DNA of 64,000 bases. Origin: an uncultured candidate division Zixibacteria bacterium (lineage in GTDB: Bacteria > Zixibacteria > MSB-5A5 > RBG-16-43-9). A program made the translations under genes and the position numbers. A model generated the notes under the pieces. It made no database searches. It saw only the letters and a list, made by a program, of their open reading frames with translations, and had not been told where the DNA came from. The stretch lies in assembly GCA_963713865.1 (NCBI GenBank), contig OY970208.1:832001-896000 (forward strand). The letters are read 5' to 3'. Below are positions 1-10,084 of the stretch, piece by piece (position 1 is the first letter of the stretch; every line of letters begins with the position of its first letter).

Positions 1-19
1 AAATGTCTCCATTGCTCAT
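1..19 (-). CDS. 5' end of an unidentified gene running off the window
   Basis: ATG at 19 on the minus strand, preceded by AAAGGA; sigma70-like promoter upstream. Confidence 0.4.
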
Positions 20-90
20 ATTCATTCCTTTATTAATGCCTTTTTGGCTGAATCTGTTTTTTGTTAATTTAAATTTCTTGCTACCTTTTT

Positions 91-119
91 ATTGTATGCC
101 ATTCTCTTTCATAAATCAA
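91..119 (-). promoter_or_regulatory. sigma70-type promoter
   Basis: TTGATT-N17-TACAAT on the minus strand. Confidence 0.5.
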
Positions 120-193
120 GCCCTTTTTTTCAAAATTCCAGCCCTAATTTGAGAACTGCAGGTGTGAATAGCGTGTAGCGAGCACCACCCCAG

Positions 194-220
194 CTTGAAA
201 TCACAATTTGTGATTTCAAG
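194..220. repeat. perfect 13-bp palindrome CTTGAAATCACAA-T-TTGTGATTTCAAG
   Basis: direct inspection. Confidence 0.8.
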
Positions 221-271
221 TTTTTGAATTCACTATCAGTCAGCTGAAACATAAAATCATCGGGAAATCTT

Positions 272-613
272 TTATTTTAAATTCTTGAGAATCTGACTAA
301 TCTGCGGTTTGATCTTGGGTATTCTTTTCTTTATTGTTTCCCAGACGAGTTTATAATCCACTCCGAAGTAAAAATGAATTAATCTATCTCTCATTCCTGC
401 CATTTCTTTCCAGGGAACTCCGGGATGAGCCTGTCTTATTTCATCCGGGATTTGCTTGGTGGCTTCTCCTATGATCTCGAATTTTCGGATAACTGCGCTT
501 ACTGTTTTATCATCTTTTTTAAATCTTTCAAAATCCATTCCCCGCACAAACTTCTCGGTGCTTTCCATCGCCTTTAAAATGTCTTTCAGATAAAGTTTAT
601 AATCTCTTTTCAT
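272..613 (-). CDS. hepT: HepT-like (DUF86/HEPN) ribonuclease toxin
   Basis: IIGEA motif, [16 protein letters not shown] with the HEPN RxxxxH motif; overlaps the upstream MNT gene. Confidence 0.9.
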   Translation of the reverse strand: MKRDYKLYLKDILKAMESTEKFVRGMDFERFKKDDKTVSAVIRKFEIIGEATKQIPDEIRQAHPGVPWKEMAGMRDRLIHFYFGVDYKLVWETIKKRIPKIKPQISQILKNLK

Positions 614-900
614 AAAGAGATAGCCTCCTTTAATACCGATTTCTTAATCTCTCCTCTTAACGCCCTCTTTGGAACAACATCTACTTTTCGCTTGAGCTTT
701 TCTTCCAGGAATAGCGCCAGCCCGGAAAGGTCGAAAAGGTCAGCGTGCTCTTCGAAATCCACCAGGATATCAATGTCACTGGTCTTCGATTGTTCGCTTC
801 GTGTCACTGAACCAAATAATTCTATCTTTTTAACCCGGTATCTTTTCAATTCTCCTTTTATCCCTCTTAGAATTTTGATAATTCCCTCTTTAGATTTCAT
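610..900 (-). CDS. mntA: MNT-family nucleotidyltransferase antitoxin
   Basis: LFGS...SDIDILVDF motif, 96 aa, coupled to the HEPN gene. Confidence 0.9.
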   Translation of the reverse strand: MKSKEGIIKILRGIKGELKRYRVKKIELFGSVTRSEQSKTSDIDILVDFEEHADLFDLSGLALFLEEKLKRKVDVVPKRALRGEIKKSVLKEAISL

Positions 901-1051
901 TGTCCACCGACTGGTTAAAGGTTTAATAGATTTATAATCTTAATCATTGTTCTGTGGCTATATATTTTAATCTTTTGTTCCGGACAGAGCATTATTTTAA
1001 ATATCTTGTATTTTATCCTATTCCCTATCAGAAATCAAGTTCTTTTTTACC

Positions 1052-3685
1052 TCAAAACTCCAGCCCCATTCTGAAATAGAGCTTATCGATTTTCTTCTGT
1101 GCTCTTCCGTAGGCAAGTTCGATCGGTCCTATGGGGGTTGAGACAGAGAGGATGGAAAGGATTGAATTTTTTAAATTCTTCAGCTTGATCGACTCTAAGT
1201 TAGGCCAGGTGTTTCCGGAATCGTATCTCAGGGTAAAATACCATCTTTTAAGGAACTTATATCTTAATCCCAAGTTGAAGTAGAAAAGCTTATCCCCTTT
1301 TAGCTCCTGTTCATAAAAACCACCTAAGGTTCCAAACCCGCCTAAGACAAACTTCTCATTTAAGGGTAGGTCGCCATCGGATAGAGCGATAGCTATTTTC
1401 GGATGGAAATTCAATTTACTGCCTAAGGGGAAATAGGATTCTAAAGAAGAGAAGAATTTCCTGTAGCTTAAGCTCCCTCCGAGAATTTTCCCGGCTAATT
1501 CTAAACTGAGATGGTGATACCTGCCTTTATCCGGGAAAGGAAGCTTGTCCAGATCGTCCACTATGGACCTGAAGGTCAAGCTGGTAATCTGGTAGTCGTT
1601 TTTTAAGCTTGTGCTTTCAAATTCGGTTTTAACTCTCTCTATCTTCCCTTCTAAAGAAGCTTTGCCCAATCTTGAAATCTGCTGTCCAAAAGAGAAAAGA
1701 GCTCCCCTTCTTTTTTCGTCAAAGGAATCTATCTTTTTATGTTCTGAGTATATCCTTCGCTCTTCCCTCTTTAAATAAAGGTTAAGTTTATAAGTCAGGT
1801 AACTTTTGAAAATCCGGTCAGCTTTGAAATTTAAACTGTAATCTTCCTTCTTTTTACCATATTGCAGGTGAGTGAAGATCTCATTCCCGATTCCAAAGAT
1901 ATTGTTATCTCCGAATTCAACAAACCCCTCAGTATAATATTCATCGTTGTAATGAGCCCCTCCCCTTAAAAAAGTGAACTTTTTCTCCTGCAGGTTAAGT
2001 TTTAAAACCTTACCATCTTTTTCGGTTGACACTTTTAAAAATATCCCCTCAAAAAGTCCGGTGCTGTAAAGATTAGAAAGCCCTTTTTCGATTTTCCTTG
2101 AATTGTAAGGACTGCCAGCCCGAAGGGGTAGATTCCTAGTCACCATCCAGTTTTTAGTCCTTTTGTTCCCGGAAAGCTCTATCTTAGAGATAATCCCCTC
2201 ATCTATCTCCACTTTTAAAACTCCACCCAGGGAGTCATATTCTATTTTTTTGAAATGAGCCAGGGAATAACCTGAATTTTGATATGATTTAAGAATCTGA
2301 TTTAATTTTTCCTGAAGGACTTGGCAATTCATAACCTTCTGGGAAGGGAAAAGGATTTTCTCCTGCAGCTCTTTTGAGCTGAAAAGTTTGTTACCTGAAA
2401 AATCTATACTATTGAAGGGCGGGTTTTCGCTGAGATGATAAATCAAGAAATAATCCTGGCTGGATCTGGAAAGCTCAGCCTGAACCTCCTTGAAATAACC
2501 TGAGGAATAAAGCTCTTTCAATTCAGATTTTATATCTGACAAAGATACTTTATCTCCTGCTCTTATTTTTAAAATATCTTTAAAAAAACCAGCTGTTAAG
2601 ATTTTGTTCCCTGAAATTTTAACTTCACCAATAGGATAAAGAGAATCAGGGGAAAATCCGTTAGAGGCGGATAAAAGAGTTTTCAACTCCGAGATTAAAC
2701 TATCCGCTGTCCGTTCTCCAATTTTGATAAGCTCGTTTGCTTTTTCAAAATCGATTGAGGAGTAAGAGGAAAGGTCCGGTGAAATTACAAAATCGGCTTT
2801 TTTCAGCTCCTGCTCTTTTCTCTCCAGGGTCATTATGGATGTAGATTGATTGGCAATATCTAACGGGTCTTTGATCTGGGATGAAGATAAAAGCTCGGAG
2901 GAGGTGTTGATGGCAATTACGAAATCTGCCCCCATATTTCTGGTCACCTGAACCGGAATCGGATCAACCAAACCCCCGTCCACTAAAAGCTTCCCCTCCA
3001 GCTCCACCGGGGTGAAGATTAAAGGGACAGCCATAGTAGCTCTCAAGGCTTCAGAAAGGTCACCTTTGCTTAAAACGATCTCCCGACCTGAGACCAGATC
3101 TGTAGTTACTGCCCGGAAAGGTATTTTAAACTTGTCGAAATCTGAGCCTGCTTCGAAATTTGCCTGCATGGTGAGCTGGGTAAAAAGGTTGGTCAGCTTC
3201 TGGCCTGAGGTCAGGGCTTTAGGGATTGAGGGTTTCAGCCCTTTAAAGTAGATTTGAAAAAGATATTTCTCACTTTCCTCCCTTTGTGAAAGAAGTAAAG
3301 AAAGACGGGGAGGGGTATCGCTGAAAAGGTCCTGCCAGTTGGTCTCCAGAACAAGTTTCTCCAAATCCCTGGCTGAATAGCCACAGGCGTAAAGTCCTCC
3401 GATTACTCCACCCATGCTGGTTCCTGCTATAAAGTCAACCGGGATTTTTTCATTTTCAAAAACCTTTAAAAACCCTATCTGGGCAAGGCCTTTAGCACCG
3501 CCGCCAGCAAGTGCCAGCCCTATTTTTCCATTATAATTTGAAAGAGGGAAAGGGTGAAAAAGCTCCCCCGGCTTTAATTTGTTTTCTTCAAGCCTAATTA
3601 CTATTTTCCCTTCTTCCGCAGATAAGCTTATCGCCAGAGAAAGGATTAAGAAAAAGCAAGAGAGAGTTTTTTTAAGTAGAGGCAT
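1052..3685 (-). CDS. patatin-like phospholipase fused to POTRA and Omp85 barrel (PlpD / type Vd-like)
   Basis: signal peptide; GGGAKG, GTSMG and DGG motifs; repeated POTRA-like I.GN segments; C-terminal YFRMGLEF beta-signal. Confidence 0.9.
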   Translation of the reverse strand: MPLLKKTLSCFFLILSLAISLSAEEGKIVIRLEENKLKPGELFHPFPLSNYNGKIGLALAGGGAKGLAQIGFLKVFENEKIPVDFIAGTSMGGVIGGLYACGYSARDLEKLVLETNWQDLFSDTPPRLSLLLSQREESEKYLFQIYFKGLKPSIPKALTSGQKLTNLFTQLTMQANFEAGSDFDKFKIPFRAVTTDLVSGREIVLSKGDLSEALRATMAVPLIFTPVELEGKLLVDGGLVDPIPVQVTRNMGADFVIAINTSSELLSSSQIKDPLDIANQSTSIMTLERKEQELKKADFVISPDLSSYSSIDFEKANELIKIGERTADSLISELKTLLSASNGFSPDSLYPIGEVKISGNKILTAGFFKDILKIRAGDKVSLSDIKSELKELYSSGYFKEVQAELSRSSQDYFLIYHLSENPPFNSIDFSGNKLFSSKELQEKILFPSQKVMNCQVLQEKLNQILKSYQNSGYSLAHFKKIEYDSLGGVLKVEIDEGIISKIELSGNKRTKNWMVTRNLPLRAGSPYNSRKIEKGLSNLYSTGLFEGIFLKVSTEKDGKVLKLNLQEKKFTFLRGGAHYNDEYYTEGFVEFGDNNIFGIGNEIFTHLQYGKKKEDYSLNFKADRIFKSYLTYKLNLYLKREERRIYSEHKKIDSFDEKRRGALFSFGQQISRLGKASLEGKIERVKTEFESTSLKNDYQITSLTFRSIVDDLDKLPFPDKGRYHHLSLELAGKILGGSLSYRKFFSSLESYFPLGSKLNFHPKIAIALSDGDLPLNEKFVLGGFGTLGGFYEQELKGDKLFYFNLGLRYKFLKRWYFTLRYDSGNTWPNLESIKLKNLKNSILSILSVSTPIGPIELAYGRAQKKIDKLYFRMGLEF

Positions 3686-3836
3686 CTTTTATCTATAAAG
3701 GTTTTTTTACTAAAACCCTTTGGATTTATTTTAATGGTTTGAGAAATAAAAAGCAAGATTATCTTTTTTAAATCTGAAAATCAGAAATTAGTGAGAGTGG
3801 AAGGTCCACATTGTTCACAATGTGGGCCTGTCGAAC

Positions 3837-3909
3837 TGTCATTGCGACCCCGCCTCTGGCGGGGGAAGCAATCCGTTTACTTTGTAGGGATTGCTTCTTC
3901 GCAATGGCA
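3837..3909. repeat. TGTCATTGCGA...GAAGCAATC/GATTGCTTC...GCAATGGCA palindromic MITE-like element
   Basis: terminal inverted repeats; relatives at 46573-46660, 48816-48852 and 59041-59140. Confidence 0.7.
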
Positions 3910-3983
3910 TTACAATTTGAAATCAGAAATTGACAAAGGGATATAAATTATCTATTTTATCCAAAAATATCTGGAGAAAATCT

Positions 3984-4784
3984 ATGCAGGAACTATCCAA
4001 AGAAAAACTCAAACAGCTTTTAAAATTGAAGACTGAGAAGGGGAGGGAAAAGGAGGGAAGGTTTTTAATCGAGGGTCTGCGCCTGTGCGAGGAGGCTTTT
4101 TTTTCAGACTGGGAAGTTGAGCTTCTGCTTTTTCCCTCAGAGTATGTTCAGTTCCTGAAAGCTAAAAAACTCATGCGGGAATTTCTAAAAGAAAAAAGGG
4201 AGATACTCGTTCTGAGCAACCAGGATATGAAAAAGCTAACTGATACCCAGACACCGCAGGGGATATTTGCTGTTGTGAAAAAGAAGGCGTTCACTTTAAA
4301 TAAAGATTTTCTTAAAAAAGCTTCACTGCTTGTTGAGTTGGACAATATCCGGGACCCGGGAAACCTGGGCACGATTATAAGGACAGCAGATTCAGCCGGC
4401 GTAGACGGGATATTGCTTTCAACCGGCTGCGTGGAGCTTTACAATCCCAAAGTTATTCGCTCGACCATGGGGTCGATTTTTCATCTGCCGGTAATTGAAA
4501 AATTAAAGCTTAAAGAGATTATCCCGGAGCTCAAAAGCTCTGGATTCAAAATCTTTGCCTCTGAGGTCCGGCAAGGAAAAGATTATACGAAATTGAATTA
4601 CCCTGAGAAAATCTGTCTTTTAATCGGAAGTGAAGCTGCGGGGATACATAAAGAAATATTGAATTTGGCAGACGAGAGGATAAAAATCCCGATCTATGGA
4701 AAAGCAGAATCTTTAAATGCTTCTGTGGCTGCAGGGATTTTATTGTATGAGATAATTAGTAAGAAGAAAGGAAACTTCTATTAG
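3984..4784 (+). CDS. TrmH/SpoU family RNA 2'-O-methyltransferase
   Basis: DNIRDPGNLGTIIRTA, GSEAAG and ESLNASVA SPOUT motifs; ATG 3984 follows GGAG. Confidence 0.9.
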   Translation: MQELSKEKLKQLLKLKTEKGREKEGRFLIEGLRLCEEAFFSDWEVELLLFPSEYVQFLKAKKLMREFLKEKREILVLSNQDMKKLTDTQTPQGIFAVVKKKAFTLNKDFLKKASLLVELDNIRDPGNLGTIIRTADSAGVDGILLSTGCVELYNPKVIRSTMGSIFHLPVIEKLKLKEIIPELKSSGFKIFASEVRQGKDYTKLNYPEKICLLIGSEAAGIHKEILNLADERIKIPIYGKAESLNASVAAGILLYEIISKKKGNFY

Positions 4785-4819
4785 TAGAATAACGTAAACT
4801 CGAATAACCAGGAGGTTAT

Positions 4820-7232
4820 ATGTCTAAAAAAATAATATTCTTCTGCACATTATTACTTTTACTTTTTTCTACTACTCTGGCTGAGATAAAACCTTCACCC
4901 ACTGAAGGATTTTTTCTTCCTTATAATTCAGCCGCATATTCTGACGATGCCCTGGCTTTAAAACTCAACCCAGCTAACTTAGACTGGAACAGGGGATTTC
5001 AGGGGTATTTTCTGCATACTCACTCAGATTCCAGTTTCACGGGAGATTATGCTTTATTTTTATCTGCAGGAGGTTTGGGGTTTTCTGCAGAGTGGCTGGG
5101 GAATGAGATCAAGCCTAAATACAGAAAGTACACCTTAGGCTCAGGATTTAAGATTGTGAACGGATTTTATCTAGGCTCAAGCTATTCCTGGTTTGGCTCC
5201 AAAAATAAAGATTATAATGACCTGTCTTCCTGGAACGCGGGTTTTCTCATCCGACCGTTTTCTTTTATCTCGTTAGGTGGAGTAGCTAAGGACCTGAACC
5301 GTCCCTTTTTCAAAGGCGAAAAAACCAATATCTCTTTTGATCTGGGTTTAGCCTTTAGACCCATTGGCGACAGGATTACTTTATCCGTGGATGGGATGAT
5401 GGATGAGAAGGATAAAGCAGAGGATATCAAAACCAGGTATCAGGTGGCAATTGAGCCTTTGGACGGATTAATCCTTTCCGGAGATATGGATGACGAAGGT
5501 AATTACGGGGTAAATTTCAGAGTCAACTTCCCTTTTTCGGGTTTTGGCTCTTACCATGCTGTTAATAAAGACCAGGAATATCAGAAAGGGGTGGTTTACT
5601 GGAATTTCTCTGGTGAAAGGTATCGAACCTTTTTACAGAGAAAGGACAATTTCTTAGAATTGAAACTTTCCGGAAAAATTGAGGAGGAGAAAAGTTCTGG
5701 ATTCTTTTCTAAAAAGAAAACCACTCTCCTGGATATTGTTCAGGATATTGAAAGGGCAAAAAAAGATAAAAGAGTCAAAGGACTGATTGTCAAACTCGAT
5801 TTATTGAATGCTGGTATCGGTAAAATTCAGGAGCTTAGAGAAGCTTTTCTCGATTTCCGGAACAATGGAAAAACAGTGGTCTTCTTTATGGAAGGTGGAA
5901 GTAATAAAGAGTATTATCTGGCATCATCAGGAAATAAAATAGTAATGCTTCCTACTGGATATTTAGATTTGACCGGGATTTCTGCTGAAGTGACCTTTAT
6001 CAAAAAAACCTTGGAGAAGTTAGGAATAGAAGCTGATTTTGAACATATCGGGGATTATAAGTCCGCTTCAGACCTTTTAACCAGGGACTCTATGTCAGAA
6101 GCTCACAGGGAGATGATGAACTGGCTTTTAGATGACCTGTATAAACAGATAACCGAAGATATTGCTCAGCAAAGAGGAATAAGTCAGGAAGAGTTAAAAA
6201 CCAGGATCGATCAGGGACCCTATTCTGCTAAAGAAGCAAAGGAGAAAGGTTTGGTGGATGATTTAGCTTATTATGACCAGATAGACCAGATTATCAAAGA
6301 CCAGATCGGTGAGAAACCACATACGTTGAGTTTTGGAGGATATGCCAGGGAAGAAAATTACAAATATGACTGGGGGATTCCTCCAAAGATAGCAGTCATT
6401 TATGCCACTGGTTCGATTATGTTCTGGTGAGAGCGGAAACAACTTTTTCCTGGGGAAGATGATGGGCTCTGAGACCATTGCCCGGGCAATCAGGAAAGCC
6501 AGAGAGGATAGAACTATCAAAGCCATCGTCTTCAGAATAGATAGCGGCGGCGGTTCAGGCATAGCCTCGGATGTTATCTGGAGGGAGATAATTTTATGCA
6601 AGGGTAAAAAACCTTTTATCGTCTCTATGTCAGATGTGGCCGGCTCAGGCGGATATTTCATCGCCTGCCCGGGCGATACCATCATAGCAGACCCGGGAAC
6701 AATAACCGGCTCGATCGGCGTGATCTCCGGGAAGTTTAATCTCAAAGGGTTATATGAAAAGATAGGATTTTCTAAGGAAGTATTAAAAAGAGGTGAGCAT
6801 TCTGATTTCTTCACCACCACCCGGGGATTTACTGAGGAGGAAAGGAAGATGGTTAGAAAACTGAACAAGGATTTTTATGATGATTTTGTAAACAAGGTGG
6901 CTGAAGGAAGAAAGATGAGTTTTGATGCGGTTGACCAGATCGGCAGAGGCAGAGTCTGGACCGGAAACCAGGCTAAAACAAACGGGCTGGTGGATGAGTT
7001 GGGCGGTATAAAACAGGCAATCGAAATCGCAAAAATAAAAGCAGGGATTAAAGAAAAGACTTTAGTAGAAATAGTTACCCTGCCCAAGAGATGGAGTTTC
7101 TTTGGCTGGGATTTTGAAGAGGCTTTCTCCTTTTTAGGCTCAAAGAAGGTTCTGAAAGACCTTGAGAAGTTAGAGGAATTTAATCAGGAGAAGGTTTTCT
7201 ACCTTATGCCGTATGAGATTGAGGTGAAATAG
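4820..7232 (+). CDS. sppA: signal peptide peptidase SppA (S49, 67K type) with N-terminal beta-barrel-like domain; +1 frameshift at about 6422
   Basis: YYLAS, GDYKSA, RIDSGGGS, SMSDVAGSGGY, TGSIGV and GRVWTG motifs; deleting one T in GTTCTGG (6421-6427) fuses ORFs 4820-6430 and 6402-7232. Confidence 0.85.
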
Positions 7233-7245
7233 CAATAATCAGTTC

Positions 7246-7296
7246 GTAGTGCGAGGTTTTTAGAATATGTAAGGGCACATTGTAATGTGCACCTAC
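7246..7296. repeat. GTAG-type REP-like palindromes
   Basis: GTAAGGGCACATTGTAATGTGCACCTAC; similar to 45862-45888. Confidence 0.6.
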
Positions 7297-7339
7297 TATT
7301 CAAATAGAAAAAGTGAAATGCCATAAAGAGGTTACTTTT

Positions 7340-7906
7340 ATGAGAAGATTGAATGTGTTTACGTCGGTGATAATATTTTTACTCCTTGCTTTTTCCTGTT
7401 CCAAACCTCCTGCTGACCTTAAAACTAAACTGGCTGAGTGGAGAAAGGGGGTTTGGGTTTTGCAGGACGGGAGCTATGCCATTTATACTGACACTCACTA
7501 TTTCGTTCTGGTTGCCTCAGGAGATAGCAGTTCGCCGAACATCTATTGCGGGGCTTCGCAGATTCAATATCATAATAAGGGGATGGCAAGAAAACAGATA
7601 ATCCGGGTTCGGCAGTTTCCAGGCAGCAAACTAACCTTCTTTCAAAAAGTTGTGCTTCAGCCTGATACCACCGAAACTCCTTTGGAAGTAGATTCTACGC
7701 AGTTTGCTCCTAATACCTGTAACATCAAAGATGGGATTATCTATGATTCGATTACCGAGGTGAAGGACGACTATATCCTCCTTAGCACGTGTAACGGTGA
7801 CCAGGAGAAGATTTTCTCAAATGGCGTTTCAGTTTATCTTCCTGCAGGAGGCGGCGCAGCTTATTCCTTCAGGATTGAACGGTTTAATGTTTCAAGAAAG
7901 AATTAG
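7340..7906 (+). CDS. hypothetical lipoprotein
   Basis: GAGG SD, hydrophobic stretch and LAFSC lipobox. Confidence 0.7.
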   Translation: MRRLNVFTSVIIFLLLAFSCSKPPADLKTKLAEWRKGVWVLQDGSYAIYTDTHYFVLVASGDSSSPNIYCGASQIQYHNKGMARKQIIRVRQFPGSKLTFFQKVVLQPDTTETPLEVDSTQFAPNTCNIKDGIIYDSITEVKDDYILLSTCNGDQEKIFSNGVSVYLPAGGGAAYSFRIERFNVSRKN

Positions 7907-7913
7907 AAATTGC

Positions 7914-8121
7914 TTGACTATTTTTTTAAAATTATTATCCTGTTTAAAAAGGAGTAGTATCTTGTGAAATAAACCAATAGACAGCTTTATTATTCTTAAA
8001 TCGAGTTTTTCTTCCGGGGTCTATTGGTATATTCGTTTATATTAAAATCTGGGTCAAACTAAAGTTTGACACTCCAGCTTAACACAAAGCCGAGGAGAAA
8101 ACTCTTTCGGCTTTTTTATTT
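7914..8121 (+). promoter_or_regulatory. promoter plus uORF-dependent transcription attenuator leader of the ABC-F gene
   Basis: TTGACT-N16-TATCCT; AAGGAG SD then GTG-AAA-TAA (7964-7972); 10-bp stem 7973-7982/8019-8028; antiterminator candidate 8003-8017; terminator 8086-8121. Confidence 0.7.
8086..8121 (+). terminator. intrinsic terminator (attenuator) upstream of the ABC-F start
   Basis: AAAGCCGAGGAG-AAAA-CTCTTTCGGCTTT followed by a T tract. Confidence 0.75.
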
Positions 8122-8134
8122 GAGGAGAGAATCT

Positions 8135-9742
8135 ATGCATCTTATAGGATTAAAAGATATAAGCTTCAGCTATACTTTCGGAGAAGGTAATCTGTTTGAA
8201 AAAATAAATTTAGATATAAATTCTGGCGATAGGATCGGGCTTATCGGACCAAATGGATGCGGCAAGACCACCCTTTTGAAGATAATAATCGGAGAAGAAA
8301 AGCCGGTTTCAGGAAAGATACTATATTCTAAATCAAGTATTCAAACAGGCTATCTGAAACAGGAAATCACCTCCGGATACAAGGGAACATTACTGGATTA
8401 TGTTTTAGAAATTTATCCGGAAATACAAAAGGTTTATTCTGACCTGAAAAGAGCAGAGCTAAATATTTCGAATGAAGAGACTGCCACTCAATATGCCCTT
8501 TTGCAGGAAAAATTTAGTTCCCTCAGGGGCGGGGAAATAAAAGCTGAAGTTGAAAAAACCCTGTCCGGGCTGGGATTTTCAAAAGAGGAGATGGTTCTGG
8601 ATTTCAACAAGCTCTCCAGCGGTCAGAAGACCAAAGCGAATTTAGCTAAAATCCTTTTGTCCCAACCCGATTTTATGATTTTGGATGAACCGACCAATCA
8701 CTTAGACCTGTCCAGCCTGGAATGGTTAGAGGAATATCTGCTTAACTTCAGAGGTACATTACTCATAGTCTCGCATGACCGGACTTTTCTGGATAAAACT
8801 GTGGAAAAAATCTGGGATTTGAGAAGGGGAAGCTTAAACGAGTATAAGGGAAATTACAGTTTCTATTTTGAGCAAAAAGAAAAAGAGATACAGAGACAGT
8901 GGGAAGAATATGAGGATAAAAGGAAAAAGGTTAAAAAATTAAAGCAGGAAGCTCAAAGGAGAAAGGTTTGGGCAAAACGCAAGGAAAAGCAGAGGATCGG
9001 CGGAGGCAGAGCCAAAGGGCATATCACTGCAGTTGCAGCCAAGCTGGCTCGCAGGGCTAAAGCCGCGGAGAAAAGAGCTGAGCAGATCGAGAAGGTGGAA
9101 AAACCTTTTGAGGAGAAAAAAGTATCTTTGGATTTTCCCGATTTTGACCTTTCAGGAAATTTAGTCCTTTCGGCAGCAGATTTATCAAAATCTTATGACA
9201 AGAAAAAACTATTTGAGGATTTGAGTTTTTCCATCCTTAAAGGTAAAAATTTAGCAGTTACCGGACCTAACGGCTGTGGAAAGACCACTCTTCTGAAAAT
9301 CATCTTAGGTGAGATTGAGCCGGATAAAGGGGAAATTATTTTAGGCCATAAAATCAAAATAGGATATTTTGACCAGGAAAGAAAAAATCTGGAAGAGGAG
9401 AAAACGATCTTGGAGGAAGCGACTTCTTCAGATATAACTGATAATCCGGTCTGGATCCGGACCGTATTAGGTGCCTTGATGTTAAGAAAAGATTCTGTTT
9501 TCAAAAGGATAAAAGATTTGAGCGAGGGAGAAAAAGGCAGGGTTATAATTGCTAAGCTTCTTCTGTCCGGTGCTAATTTTCTAATCTTAGATGAGCCGAC
9601 CAATAATCTGGATATAGATGCCCGGGAAGCTTTGGAAAATGCCCTGAAAGATTATCCCGGCTCTATATTGTTCGTAACCCATGACCGGTACCTAATAAAG
9701 AAGTTAGAATGTGATGTTTTGAGTTTTGGTAAGACCCCGTAG
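8135..9742 (+). CDS. ABC-F ATPase, ribosome-protection (ARE-like) type
   Basis: two GPNGCGKTT Walker A and LDEPT motifs, no TM segments, long basic inter-domain linker (AAKLARRAKAAEKR). Confidence 0.85.
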   Translation: MHLIGLKDISFSYTFGEGNLFEKINLDINSGDRIGLIGPNGCGKTTLLKIIIGEEKPVSGKILYSKSSIQTGYLKQEITSGYKGTLLDYVLEIYPEIQKVYSDLKRAELNISNEETATQYALLQEKFSSLRGGEIKAEVEKTLSGLGFSKEEMVLDFNKLSSGQKTKANLAKILLSQPDFMILDEPTNHLDLSSLEWLEEYLLNFRGTLLIVSHDRTFLDKTVEKIWDLRRGSLNEYKGNYSFYFEQKEKEIQRQWEEYEDKRKKVKKLKQEAQRRKVWAKRKEKQRIGGGRAKGHITAVAAKLARRAKAAEKRAEQIEKVEKPFEEKKVSLDFPDFDLSGNLVLSAADLSKSYDKKKLFEDLSFSILKGKNLAVTGPNGCGKTTLLKIILGEIEPDKGEIILGHKIKIGYFDQERKNLEEEKTILEEATSSDITDNPVWIRTVLGALMLRKDSVFKRIKDLSEGEKGRVIIAKLLLSGANFLILDEPTNNLDIDAREALENALKDYPGSILFVTHDRYLIKKLECDVLSFGKTP

Positions 9743-9875
9743 GGGCGAGGTTTCCTCGCCCATGTGGATTTGGGGGAATGTAGTTGCTCGATTCATCGAG
9801 TCCTATCCTACGGATCCCTTTTGGGACAGATCCACTTCTTGGACTAAAATTTAACCCAATAAATTGGGCAACTAC
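9739..9875. repeat. cluster of GTAG-REP-like palindromes
   Basis: GTAGGGGCGAGGTTTCCTCGCCC; GTAGTTGCTCGATTCATCGAG...CCCAATAAATTGGGCAACTAC. Confidence 0.65.
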
Positions 9876-10084
9876 TTATTTAACCTTAGCAGATCTTGAG
9901 TGGACGCACTGATATTTTTATACCTGACCACTCTCAGGTAAGCACTATTGATATCTCATCGTATAACATCAAGGAAACCCGTTGTTATTCTATCGAGAAT
10001 TCTTATATTATAGGCAGTAGAACTTCTATAACGGAATGTACTCAAAATAATGACCTAACTGAAATTAAAGCCCTGGAAGCTGCA

